Assembly: GCA_025355565.1 (NCBI GenBank)
Contig: JANXZK010000008.1
Location: 1-63,008 of the forward strand
Source: a bacterium
Lineage (GTDB): Bacteria; Patescibacteriota; Minisyncoccia; Phycocordibacterales; PALSA-1337
Direction: 5' to 3'
DNA length: 63,008 nt
Within the stretch, counting starts at the first letter, position 1. The number at the start of each line of letters is the position of its first letter. The translations under genes were made by a program, and so were the position numbers. Shown piece by piece: positions 7,686 to 16,484 of the stretch. The notes under the pieces were generated by a model. The model did no database searches, was not told the DNA's origin, and was given only the letters and a program-made list of their open reading frames with translations.

Positions 7686-8996
7686 TCAAGATACCGGCAC
7701 AAACACCTTATCTCTTACCAATGCGCTACATAGTGTAACGGAATCATCTTGAGAAATTCCAGCAACAGCTGATACTTCCTCAACATTAAACCGCTTTCCT
7801 TTGAATAACACTACCAGCTCGTACGTATCATCGGTTAGTATTGCCGGAGTTCCTATGAGGGTTTGGTCTGCGCACAGCACGCCGATTGATTCTTTCCGTG
7901 TGTGCAAATCGGCATTAACTTCAAACCATTGGGATGCTTCGACCATCTGCGTTTGTCGACGAGTCGAAACTATGGTTTGCACAGTTTTGGGTCGAGCATA
8001 TGGATCAATGGCATCGTACCGCCCTGAGCAGCAAAAAGCGTCTACGCGACAGCCGCCACTGCAATCCGCGAAAAGCGAGCAGCTTTTGCAGACATGGGGA
8101 AGCAACGTACCATCTCTCTGGTCACTCATGGCGTTCCATGAAGCGAGCAAGCATGTGGTCTTGATGTTCCCATAGGTCTTGTCTGAGTGTGAGCAGGGAC
8201 GAATATTGCCGTCTGACCCAATCGTGCAAGTCGTTATGCCTGCACTGCATCGTCTCTCAGAGACAAAAGGATATTTCCCAGGTGCCCCGTACGAGCACAA
8301 TGAGTAGCATTCCAGAATACCCACATGCAACCCGTGTTCCCGTTGCAAAACGCAGAGGTCATCCATAGAAGCAACCATCTCTTCACGAGTGATCATTAGC
8401 TTGGAAAAATCCACAGCATTGAGAGGTGGTGAGGCCTTTGTGGCGAAAAACTGACGAACACCGAGGCCTTTAAGTATGATTCCCGTTGGTACAACATCCT
8501 TAACGTTCTGTTTGATGAGTACCATACTGGCAGCAACCGAGATGCCTGTATCGATAGAGATTCTGATACCTCTCAAGGTTTCGTCGAAGGCACCTGCCCT
8601 TTGATTGATGAGGTCGTGAGTTTCTCGATCGTGCGAGCAGATCGAAGTTAATATGCCGCGAACCCCGATTTTGTAAAGTGCCCGCGCATCTTCTTCGGTC
8701 ATGGTTGTGAGGTTGGAATTGACAGTGCATGACACACCTCGTTCAATCAACCTCTCTAGACCCCTGAAGAGAGTGCGTTTTTCAAGCATACATTCACCAC
8801 CTGTGAAGATGACCTGAAAGATTCGGCAATCGATGATTTGGTCAACGAGCCGTTCCAGCATCTCGGCGCTGATTGAGGTCTGAGTAGTATCACTGCAATG
8901 GCGCCAGTGATTGTAACAGTAGAGGCAACTATTATTGCAGGCGGATGTAAGCTCTACTTGGCAAGTGATTGGGGCAGAAAGAACATGATATAACAT
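7686..8996 (-). CDS. radical SAM / SPASM-domain peptide-modifying enzyme with C-terminal PqqD-like (RRE) domain
   Basis: CNNSCLYC (CxxxCxxC) near the N-terminus. Cys-rich SPASM region (CSAGITTCTIGSDGNIRPC...CKSCSLFADCSGGCRVDAFCC). The last ~85 aa fit the PqqD pattern (TYELVVLFKGKRFNVEEVSAVAGISQDD...LVRDKVFVPV). The ATG at 8996 is preferred; the track start at 9062 is a TTG. Confidence 0.85.
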   Translation of the reverse strand: MLYHVLSAPITCQVELTSACNNSCLYCYNHWRHCSDTTQTSISAEMLERLVDQIIDCRIFQVIFTGGECMLEKRTLFRGLERLIERGVSCTVNSNLTTMTEEDARALYKIGVRGILTSICSHDRETHDLINQRAGAFDETLRGIRISIDTGISVAASMVLIKQNVKDVVPTGIILKGLGVRQFFATKASPPLNAVDFSKLMITREEMVASMDDLCVLQREHGLHVGILECYSLCSYGAPGKYPFVSERRCSAGITTCTIGSDGNIRPCSHSDKTYGNIKTTCLLASWNAMSDQRDGTLLPHVCKSCSLFADCSGGCRVDAFCCSGRYDAIDPYARPKTVQTIVSTRRQTQMVEASQWFEVNADLHTRKESIGVLCADQTLIGTPAILTDDTYELVVLFKGKRFNVEEVSAVAGISQDDSVTLCSALVRDKVFVPVS

Positions 8997-9214
8997 AAGT
9001 ATTTTGTAGATTGTTAAAGGACAAACTAATTTGACAATATAATACAAAACACAATTAATCAATAGTCATGCATATTATTCATAGTAGCGTTCATTGAAAG
9101 CTGTAGGACAGATACACTACTCCGCTTCTTTATGCAAAATATTGCTGATAACTATAATCGGCATATTCGACCAGAGCTGATATAGTGAACACTATGAGAA
9201 CACCCCTCGTCTGA

Positions 9215-9847
9215 TTATCTATTCTCTCTATTATACAAACCGATGACGGCATCATAGAATCTTTTGACTGTGTCTTCAACCTTTGACTCCGACCGAACTA
9301 TGATCGGCTCTCCGATATTTACGGTCAACGCTTTACGAAATACTCTCCGTGCACCTAGTCTGAGTGAAACCGGGACCACAGGTGCGCCTGTCTCGATCGC
9401 GAGTACTGCGGCACCAGAATGGAATGGCGCGATCGCCTGATCAGTGACGATCTTTCCTTCTGGATAGATGACGACATTGCCATCTCGTCCGATGATCTCC
9501 ATAGCCTTCTCGAGATTCTTGTGAAGTCCACGTCCTGGAACGATGACGAACACGCCAAATATACTATATATAAAGCTTATTACACCGATATCAGAAAGAA
9601 AATTGAGCCATTTCCAACTGAAATGTTCCACCGCCATGAATCGTAATGGTAGATGTGGTGTGGCGAATCCTAGAATGAGTCGAAACAAAAAACTATCCGC
9701 GAAGCTAAAGTGATTGACAATGATGATAAATGGCCTCTTGATCTTTCCTAGATTTTCCCTACCATCTACACGAAGACGATAAAAAAGATGAAAGTAGACA
9801 TAAGCTATTGGCCATGTCATGAATTGAGAAATCCGCAAAAACATCAT
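9215..9847 (-). CDS. 1-acyl-sn-glycerol-3-phosphate acyltransferase-like (PlsC family)
   Basis: 210 aa. HX4D motif (NHFSFAD) and VIYPEGK motif. Hydrophobic N-terminus. Confidence 0.85.
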   Translation of the reverse strand: MMFLRISQFMTWPIAYVYFHLFYRLRVDGRENLGKIKRPFIIIVNHFSFADSFLFRLILGFATPHLPLRFMAVEHFSWKWLNFLSDIGVISFIYSIFGVFVIVPGRGLHKNLEKAMEIIGRDGNVVIYPEGKIVTDQAIAPFHSGAAVLAIETGAPVVPVSLRLGARRVFRKALTVNIGEPIIVRSESKVEDTVKRFYDAVIGLYNRENR

Positions 9848-9911
9848 AGTGCGCAGATTGTAGCATACAAATCACTAATATATAAAATCACTTATCTCCG
9901 CCATTTCTCTG

Positions 9912-9984
9912 AGCCGAAGGCCGGGATCGAACCGGCGACCCTCGCTTTACGAAAGCGATGCTCTACCAACTGAGCTACTTCGGC
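9912..9984 (-). tRNA. tRNA-Thr (anticodon CGU)
   Basis: 73-nt cloverleaf read by hand: acceptor GCCGAAG/CUUCGGC, anticodon loop UUCGUAA, T-loop UUCGAUC. No encoded CCA. Confidence 0.9.
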
Positions 9985-10036
9985 ATTCTACATGGTATCA
10001 ATCTCGTAGAACCATATCACACTTCAATATCTCGAG

Positions 10037-10109
10037 AGCCGACGTCCGGGATTGAACCGGAGACCTCGCCATTACCAATGGCGTGCTCTACCAACTGAGC
10101 TACATCGGC
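10037..10109 (-). tRNA. tRNA-Thr (anticodon GGU)
   Basis: 73-nt cloverleaf: acceptor GCCGAUG/CGUCGGC, anticodon loop UUGGUAA, T-loop UUCAAUC. Confidence 0.9.
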
Positions 10110-10303
10110 GGCTTACTAATTCACTGTATCAATAAGAGCGCACTGTAAGAATAGACTATTTGCGGTCGCCTGGCAATATTTGCATGTGGCTTGCATGTGG
10201 TCGCGTTTTGTCGAGAGGTTGCTATGCGATCATTGACTGCGCAAGCTCATTCCATGTCTCAAACTGCGCAATCTCTTTGATTTGGTTTCCATAATAGTCT
10301 ATC

Positions 10304-10987
10304 TCAGACTTTCTTCTTCATTATAAACAAATACTTAAATCCGCGAAGATAGAAATTGTGTTGTCTAGCTCGATCATGCCATATCCCCGTGTTCGATGTT
10401 TGGTTATGACGAGTAAGACAAATTATCTCCATTGGTTCGAAATATTTTTCTAGCCTCTGCCACATGAGGAATCCTGTAGCTGTAAATTTCTTTTTTATCC
10501 ATTGATCTGCTATTACCCAACCCATCACTTTTCCAGGTTTCAATATTCTTTCGATCTCTTGAGCAGTTTTTTCTAGTTCATCATAAAATTCCTCCTTTTC
10601 ACAGGATATTTTTCCTATGCAACGTTGATCGTCCGAATATTTGATGTTATCAGAATACGGCGAATCGATGAAAGCAAAGTCTACTGAATTATCTGTAAGA
10701 GGAATCTTACGGGAATCATTCCTTATGATATCTGGTCTGGTGATATTCAAATCGTAGCCGATCACTTTTCTATTCAATTCTTTGGCCACATCAATGGTCG
10801 TCCCGCTTCCGCACATGGGATCGACGACTAAATCATTTTCCTTTGTATATCTCTGTAATAAATTCCAAATGACAAAAGCCGGCGTTACGCCGTTATATTT
10901 GTTATTTCCGTGGGGCTTATCTCCATAATTCTGAGTTGGAAAATCCCAGAGAGTTGTTGATTCTATTGTGATATTCTTTGTAGACAT
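10304..10987 (-). CDS. DNA methyltransferase (N6-A/N4-C type), R-M subunit M1
   Basis: 227 aa. Motif I DPMCGSGTT followed by motif IV-like FIDSPYSD. Confidence 0.85.
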   Translation of the reverse strand: MSTKNITIESTTLWDFPTQNYGDKPHGNNKYNGVTPAFVIWNLLQRYTKENDLVVDPMCGSGTTIDVAKELNRKVIGYDLNITRPDIIRNDSRKIPLTDNSVDFAFIDSPYSDNIKYSDDQRCIGKISCEKEEFYDELEKTAQEIERILKPGKVMGWVIADQWIKKKFTATGFLMWQRLEKYFEPMEIICLTRHNQTSNTGIWHDRARQHNFYLRGFKYLFIMKKKV

Positions 10988-10990
10988 AGA

Positions 10991-11359
10991 TCATTTTAGT
11001 AATTTTTTTAGATCATCAATGAACTTATCGAACATTTTTACCTTTTCACTTTCCTCAATATTTGTTTCGCTCAAAACATAGCCGCCGTCAGTATCAATTT
11101 CTACGATAGCGCGACCTTTCTTCGTCGGAGATTTTATTGTAAGTGTTCCATCTTCATCTGGCGTCACGAAGTAGACCTTAATATGTTTAGTTGCCTGATC
11201 TGACGCCAGTTTAATCTTCCAGTATCCCGTTTGGGCAACTCTTTCTCGCAATGTCACTTTGCTTGATAACACTGCAACAACTTTGCTAGTTCTCGGATCA
11301 AAAATTATAAGATCAACATCAGGAAGATGTGCGCCGAATTCTCCATAATCTACTATCAA
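10991..11359 (-). CDS. putative type II restriction endonuclease (PD...SxK, Cfr10I/NgoMIV-like signature); start uncertain
   Basis: Sandwiched between two methyltransferases. Contains HLPDVD...VLSSKVTLRERVAQ. The frame is open upstream to 11500 with a protein-like sequence but no ATG/GTG/TTG before the TTG at 11359. Confidence 0.45.
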   Translation of the reverse strand: MIVDYGEFGAHLPDVDLIIFDPRTSKVVAVLSSKVTLRERVAQTGYWKIKLASDQATKHIKVYFVTPDEDGTLTIKSPTKKGRAIVEIDTDGGYVLSETNIEESEKVKMFDKFIDDLKKLLK

Positions 11360-11486
11360 ATTTCTCTTAACTAAACTTAATTCCTTTGAAAGATTCGAAC
11401 CGTTTGTTCTTTCAAGACTATTCCCATTGATAACCTCTAGCCTAAGCGCTCGGACTTCATCAGTAATGATGTACTCGATCAGTTTT

Positions 11487-12764
11487 TCAAGATTTCTCCA
11501 TTACTAATATATATTCGGTCGGATAAGCCGAAACCTTATTCTTATCAGTTATACTTGCAAACTTTCCCGTCTTTTTATCTCTAACAGAAGGTAAATTTTT
11601 CGACGGAATCTCCCTTTTTATAATGTCAGCAACTTTCAATCCCAAGTTTTGCAACTGTTCAACAAATACTTCCGCGTTAAGTATCTTAACTCCTTGCAAA
11701 CTGGTGTTCCCGACAACTATACAGGTCTTTCCACCTTTTTTCAGCATACGCTTCATCTCTACAAACACTTGGTTCATCTCGCTAAAATATGTCGATACCT
11801 CCTCGGCTGTTTTGCGATCAATCTTCAATAATTTCCCCCTGATATCTTCGGCAATTGAACTATTCAATACAAGATTTTTCTTGCTGTGATATGAGGTTCC
11901 AATAAAACGTTTTCTAAAATCACTAATATCTTTCGTATATTCCAGCCACAAAGCAGTAAGTTGATGGAGATCTGCATACTCGTACGATGTAACGTATGGT
12001 GGAGAGGTAACAATCAAACTAACACTATTGTCGTGAGCAGGGATTGTCCTCGCATCTGTACATACAACCTTACTTGGCACTTTAAGATATTTTTTCTCGG
12101 ATAGCATTCTAAATAAACTAGCATTGCCTCGCGACATCATCTTTATCTGTTTGAAAAATGTTCTGATGGGTTCTGATGGTTTTTTCTCGAGATCACGAGT
12201 TGGCTTGTTACTCTTTTGCAACCAGATCGAGCAATTCTTCAAAATGTTCGAAAAACCACAGAACAAGAAATCCTGCACATTCCGATCCTTAACTTTCACT
12301 ATTTCACCATAAATAAAGGCAAGGCTTCTCTTTTCCTCGGGCTTAAACCAATAATCAATTCTTTCATGTTGAGGAGCTTTGACTTTCGTCTTTTCATTAT
12401 AAGTCTCAAGCCTCTTTTGAATGGCTCCAAATTCTTTCTCAAGTTTTTCTGGATCAATCGGAGTTATTTTAGCTTTTGTTATAAGAACCGCTACGGGGTT
12501 AATATCAACGGCAATTGAAGGCCTTCCCATGACTTTTGATTCGACAAGAGTTGTGCCACAACCGCCAAAAGGATCAGCTACCAAGTCTCCTGATTTTGTG
12601 TATCTTTCTACCAAGCGAGAAACCACTTGTGGAATAAATTTTGCTGGATAACGGTGATAACCATGAGTAATATACGCAGTATCTTTACGCGTCTTATCAG
12701 AGAATGACCATGATGGATCAATCTTTGTCTTATCGAGATGCGAAGTGATATTATCAGTTATCAT
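11487..12764 (-). CDS. DNA methyltransferase (N6-A/N4-C type), R-M subunit M2
   Basis: 425 aa. Motif I ADPFGGCGTT near the N-terminus and motif IV TSPPYV ~190 aa later (alpha-like order). Confidence 0.85.
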   Translation of the reverse strand: MITDNITSHLDKTKIDPSWSFSDKTRKDTAYITHGYHRYPAKFIPQVVSRLVERYTKSGDLVADPFGGCGTTLVESKVMGRPSIAVDINPVAVLITKAKITPIDPEKLEKEFGAIQKRLETYNEKTKVKAPQHERIDYWFKPEEKRSLAFIYGEIVKVKDRNVQDFLFCGFSNILKNCSIWLQKSNKPTRDLEKKPSEPIRTFFKQIKMMSRGNASLFRMLSEKKYLKVPSKVVCTDARTIPAHDNSVSLIVTSPPYVTSYEYADLHQLTALWLEYTKDISDFRKRFIGTSYHSKKNLVLNSSIAEDIRGKLLKIDRKTAEEVSTYFSEMNQVFVEMKRMLKKGGKTCIVVGNTSLQGVKILNAEVFVEQLQNLGLKVADIIKREIPSKNLPSVRDKKTGKFASITDKNKVSAYPTEYILVMEKS

Positions 12765-12864
12765 GCCCCGATTATATCATTTTCTAAACAAACAAGGGTA
12801 ATTCAATTTTTTCAATTTTTTTGTTACTATTGTATCTATGTCCGAATCATGAGATAATATAGTT

Positions 12865-13263
12865 ATGAAAGGCTACGTCGCAAACATAGAAAAACTATCG
12901 CTTGAAAATGCGGATTTTCGTAGAGTCTTATATACAGCCAAAAATTCCCAGCTCGTTTTGATGTCGCTCTTGCCTGGAGAAGAGATCGGTGAGGAAGTGC
13001 ATGATGTCGACCAATTCCTGCGCGTTGAACAAGGTACAGGCACGGCGATCCTGAACGATATACCTCATAATCTCGCTGATGGTTCGGTCATCATCGTCCC
13101 GGCAGGTACCAAACACAATGTCATGAATACGAGCTCCGATACCATGAAGCTCTACACTCTCTACATGCCGCCACACCACAGAGATGGGATCATCCATAAG
13201 ACAAAAGCCGATGCCGAAGCTGATACTTCTGACGAGTTTGATGGAAAGACGACGGAGAGATGA
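12865..13263 (+). CDS. cupin-domain protein
   Basis: 132 aa. Cupin_2 pattern (GEEIGEEVHDVDQFLRVEQG...IIVPAGTKHNVMN). Confidence 0.8.
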   Translation: MKGYVANIEKLSLENADFRRVLYTAKNSQLVLMSLLPGEEIGEEVHDVDQFLRVEQGTGTAILNDIPHNLADGSVIIVPAGTKHNVMNTSSDTMKLYTLYMPPHHRDGIIHKTKADAEADTSDEFDGKTTER

Positions 13264-13523
13264 TAGACGACAACCTTACCTCTAGATTCACTATATGCAA
13301 AGAAAAGGCGCCGCAGATCATACGGCGCTTCTGTTGATACTGAAGTAAGAAAGTTATTGAACCGCGCGAGACACTCCTTCTCCTTTTCGGTCGGCGGAGC
13401 CCGTGTGATTTCCACCGCAGCTTTCTTCAAGCCCGTGGCGAGCATCTTATCGATGACCTCGATTAGTGAGCCGTTTCTCGCTCCAACATGCAGACTTGGT
13501 ATCTTCGGAACTGTTTTCTTCAT
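13161..13523 (-). CDS. hypothetical protein (doubtful 3' part)
   Basis: The N-terminal ~70 aa look protein-like. The C-terminal part overlaps the cupin 3' end by ~100 nt and looks non-coding. No recognisable domain. Confidence 0.25.
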   Translation of the reverse strand: MKKTVPKIPSLHVGARNGSLIEVIDKMLATGLKKAAVEITRAPPTEKEKECLARFNNFLTSVSTEAPYDLRRLFFAYSESRGKVVVYHLSVVFPSNSSEVSASASAFVLWMIPSLWCGGM

Positions 13524-13597
13524 AATAACCGCCTTTCTTCGTTTGTTTTTACTGTACAGACACAACTGGTACTGTTACAACAATGTAAACATTTATA

Positions 13598-13652
13598 GAA
13601 CATTATGTCAATTATGTTCCCTAGCTTGAACATTATGTTCCCTAGCTTGAAC
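13598..13652. repeat. tandem 21-nt repeat, about 2.5 copies (ATTATGTTCCCTAGCTTGAAC)
   Basis: Units at 13611-13631 and 13632-13652 are identical. A partial unit lies at 13598-13610. The span contains the inverted partner (13606-13627) of the 22-mer at 6902-6923. Confidence 0.9.
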
Positions 13653-13706
13653 ATTACCGACCGAAAGCATCTTTTTCATTCATTAGACCGTGCTAACTAA
13701 AGAATC

Positions 13707-14345
13707 TTACCTCTTTTTCAAAATTCTATGTCTATAACCGAACGTCGGTAAGAAACCAGACGCTTCTATAACAACATCATTCGCGATTTCTCTATCAACA
13801 AAAGCATTTATCTTTACGTTGTCAGTATCATCAAAAATAATGAGACTCCCTGTATGGGTTACATCTAATGAATTTTTCCAATCCACCGAATACACTTCAC
13901 TCTTATGTCCACCATCTATATGCACCAGATCGAACAATACCTCCGGATGCTGCTTATGATAGTTAACTAACGTCTCGCAGGAGTCCCCCCAAAATATTTC
14001 TATCTTTGTGTTTAGAAAATTATTTGATATATATTCAAAGCATGGTCGAGCATAAGTGTGTTCTCCGAGATCAAATAGGACGTAATGAGCGTTCGGATTT
14101 GCCAATATCATAGCGAGAACACTATGCCCTGCATTAAATCCAATTTCACATATCAATTTAGCCCCTTTTACAGCCTTCTTGTAATTTATCCTCTTATTTG
14201 CAAGTACGTCCCACTGATCAAACGACAAATGACGATAAACACAGTTCCCCTCTAATGGTTCTCCCGTTTTTTCGATTAGCTCTTTCAAGTCATCGCAATT
14301 TTTTGAATACTTTTTCTTGTACTTCATATTAAATGCTTTTTCCAT
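13707..14345 (-). CDS. class I SAM-dependent methyltransferase (O-methyltransferase-like)
   Basis: 212 aa. EIGFNAGHS (motif I), FDLVHIDGGH, IIFDDT. Confidence 0.8.
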   Translation of the reverse strand: MEKAFNMKYKKKYSKNCDDLKELIEKTGEPLEGNCVYRHLSFDQWDVLANKRINYKKAVKGAKLICEIGFNAGHSVLAMILANPNAHYVLFDLGEHTYARPCFEYISNNFLNTKIEIFWGDSCETLVNYHKQHPEVLFDLVHIDGGHKSEVYSVDWKNSLDVTHTGSLIIFDDTDNVKINAFVDREIANDVVIEASGFLPTFGYRHRILKKR

Positions 14346-14398
14346 TTTTTAGAATAATCTAGAATATACTTGTCTGCACCCAGAACGCATCTGAAACA

Positions 14399-15343
14399 CT
14401 ATTTTGAATTTTCGACTTGAGACCCTCCTCTAAGAAATCGAATCTCCTTCTTAAGTAACTCAATAAGTTGAGGATCAATTAATTCATCAACAGATATCAT
14501 GCTAACTGCTCCCGTGACTTTTTCAGCCGGATCGCGTTTTTTGTAACATTCCCAGCATAGTTGCGCAAGGTTTCCCTCTTTATAATCTACTGCGTGTGTC
14601 TTGATAAGCTTAGCAACATCTTTTAGATCGCAAAATATCTGCGCTGGCTGACCATGTGTGACTAACACTAATTCAATATTTCTTTTCAATTTATAAACCT
14701 TCTCACTCGTTCTAACTACCAGAGAGTATAACCGAATCAATACGTCTCGGTAACATTCTCCTGACTGCGAAAAGTACTTATTCAATTCAGGATATCTATA
14801 ATTACCGGTATCAAGCAATACCGGATCAGCATATTTATAATCATAATTATTAGGTTGTCCGCTTATTTCAGAAGCATGAACCTCATTAAAAAAGATACGG
14901 TCAGCAATAGCCAGCCCTTTAAATTCCTGACCTTTAACGTATGGTTCTGGCAATATAAACTTACCCTGATCAATTGCTCGCAAGTCATCTTCTTCGATAG
15001 ATAAACATTTCAATTTTTGATCTATTTTCTTTAAGGATTCAATTACCATGTTTGCGGTTTGTTTTGTCCTAATTCTTGGAGAAGTAATTATCATGACCGC
15101 TTTTTTCTTTCGTTCTTTTATCTCGTTAAATAACAACGCGACAACAGCATCGGCTTTTTCTTCTTGCCCATCGATCAAGATAGCATCTCTTCCATAAAGT
15201 CCTAAATCGTCAACATCATCAAAGTGTCGTACGAGAGTGATATTATTCTCAGCTTTGACTCCAGTATCTAGACTGTTATAATGTTCCATAATCAATATTA
15301 TACAGGAAAATATGACTGCGCCAATACTCAATAGAATGAACAC
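14399..15343 (-). CDS. membrane-anchored histidine-phosphatase-superfamily protein
   Basis: 314 aa. N-terminal TM helix. VRHF (RHG variant), TSPRIRTKQTA, SGECY, VTHGQPAQ. The start is uncertain because it overlaps the divergent neighbour by 32 nt. Confidence 0.7.
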   Translation of the reverse strand: MFILLSIGAVIFSCIILIMEHYNSLDTGVKAENNITLVRHFDDVDDLGLYGRDAILIDGQEEKADAVVALLFNEIKERKKKAVMIITSPRIRTKQTANMVIESLKKIDQKLKCLSIEEDDLRAIDQGKFILPEPYVKGQEFKGLAIADRIFFNEVHASEISGQPNNYDYKYADPVLLDTGNYRYPELNKYFSQSGECYRDVLIRLYSLVVRTSEKVYKLKRNIELVLVTHGQPAQIFCDLKDVAKLIKTHAVDYKEGNLAQLCWECYKKRDPAEKVTGAVSMISVDELIDPQLIELLKKEIRFLRGGSQVENSK

Positions 15344-16484
15344 AAAATATACAGGTCACCACGTATCAGCTGGTGGTTTTGTGTTTTTTGAAGACCTCAC
15401 CAGTAAACAGATTTATGTCGCATTAGTTAGGAATAAGTATAGCCAATGGTGGATTCCAAAGGGTCATATAGAAGAATGGGAGAGTCATGTACAATGTGCA
15501 TTTAGAGAAATTGAAGAGGAACTCGGTCTGCCAAAAGACAATCTAGAATATATCGATTTTTGCTGTATTGATAGATATTCTTACGAAGAGAATGGTGAGA
15601 AAAACACAAAGGAACTCTACATAAGTGTATTTAATGCTAAGACGAAGACCAAACTAATCAAATATGCAGAAGAAATCGATCAGCTCGAGGTTGCATGGTT
15701 CACATTCAATGATGCATGTGAGATAATAGCATTCAACAAAAACGAGCTACTCAAAGCAAGAGGGATCTTTGATAAAAGACATCGATTGCGAGATATTGAG
15801 AACCCCACATTTCATAGAGTTAGACTGAAATTATTGAAACAAAAATTCATTACAGGTATTGAATGCTTCATTATTTATGGATCATGCATTCAAAATGCTA
15901 ACTTTGGCATAAAACCAGATGATACGGATATCTGTATTGTAGCAAATAACAGGGATATAGATCTCGAGCTACTGGCAGAATTTATTTTCGATAATTTTGA
16001 AAACCCCGATTTTAGAGTCTATTTTAAAGATGAAGTCGAAAGTAAATTGGATTTCGTAGAAATAGGCGTCGGGATATTTTCTATCGAATATTTTGCCAAC
16101 GGTTTTTCTTTGTATGGTAAAAATATTTTTGTAGATAAACTAAAAAACATAGATAGAGAAAAATATACTTCAAGTCATCTAAATAAAATATTTGAATATT
16201 TCCTTAGAATTCGACGAGAATACATGTCTAAAAAGAATACATATGAATACAGACGTCGTTATATAAGTAAATATGTCGTTAGACTATTACGGAGCATTCT
16301 ACTTGCCACAAAACTGGCGACATACAATCAATTGCAAAATCTAACCAAAGAACAAATCATTGACCTAGCCAAGCATGCAGGAATAATACGAAAAGATAGT
16401 ATCATCAATTTTGATAGTACGAAAGAGCTATATCATCTATTTGAAGAAATCAATGAATATGTCATTAACCAATACAGTCTATAA
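15312..16484 (+). CDS. Nudix hydrolase fused to a Pol-beta-type nucleotidyltransferase with a helical C-terminal domain
   Basis: 390 aa. Nudix box GHIEEWESHVQCAFREIEEELGL, then an NTase motif (IIYGSCIQ...DDTDICIV), then a KNTase/HEPN-like helical tail. Confidence 0.8.
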   Translation: MTAPILNRMNTKYTGHHVSAGGFVFFEDLTSKQIYVALVRNKYSQWWIPKGHIEEWESHVQCAFREIEEELGLPKDNLEYIDFCCIDRYSYEENGEKNTKELYISVFNAKTKTKLIKYAEEIDQLEVAWFTFNDACEIIAFNKNELLKARGIFDKRHRLRDIENPTFHRVRLKLLKQKFITGIECFIIYGSCIQNANFGIKPDDTDICIVANNRDIDLELLAEFIFDNFENPDFRVYFKDEVESKLDFVEIGVGIFSIEYFANGFSLYGKNIFVDKLKNIDREKYTSSHLNKIFEYFLRIRREYMSKKNTYEYRRRYISKYVVRLLRSILLATKLATYNQLQNLTKEQIIDLAKHAGIIRKDSIINFDSTKELYHLFEEINEYVINQYSL

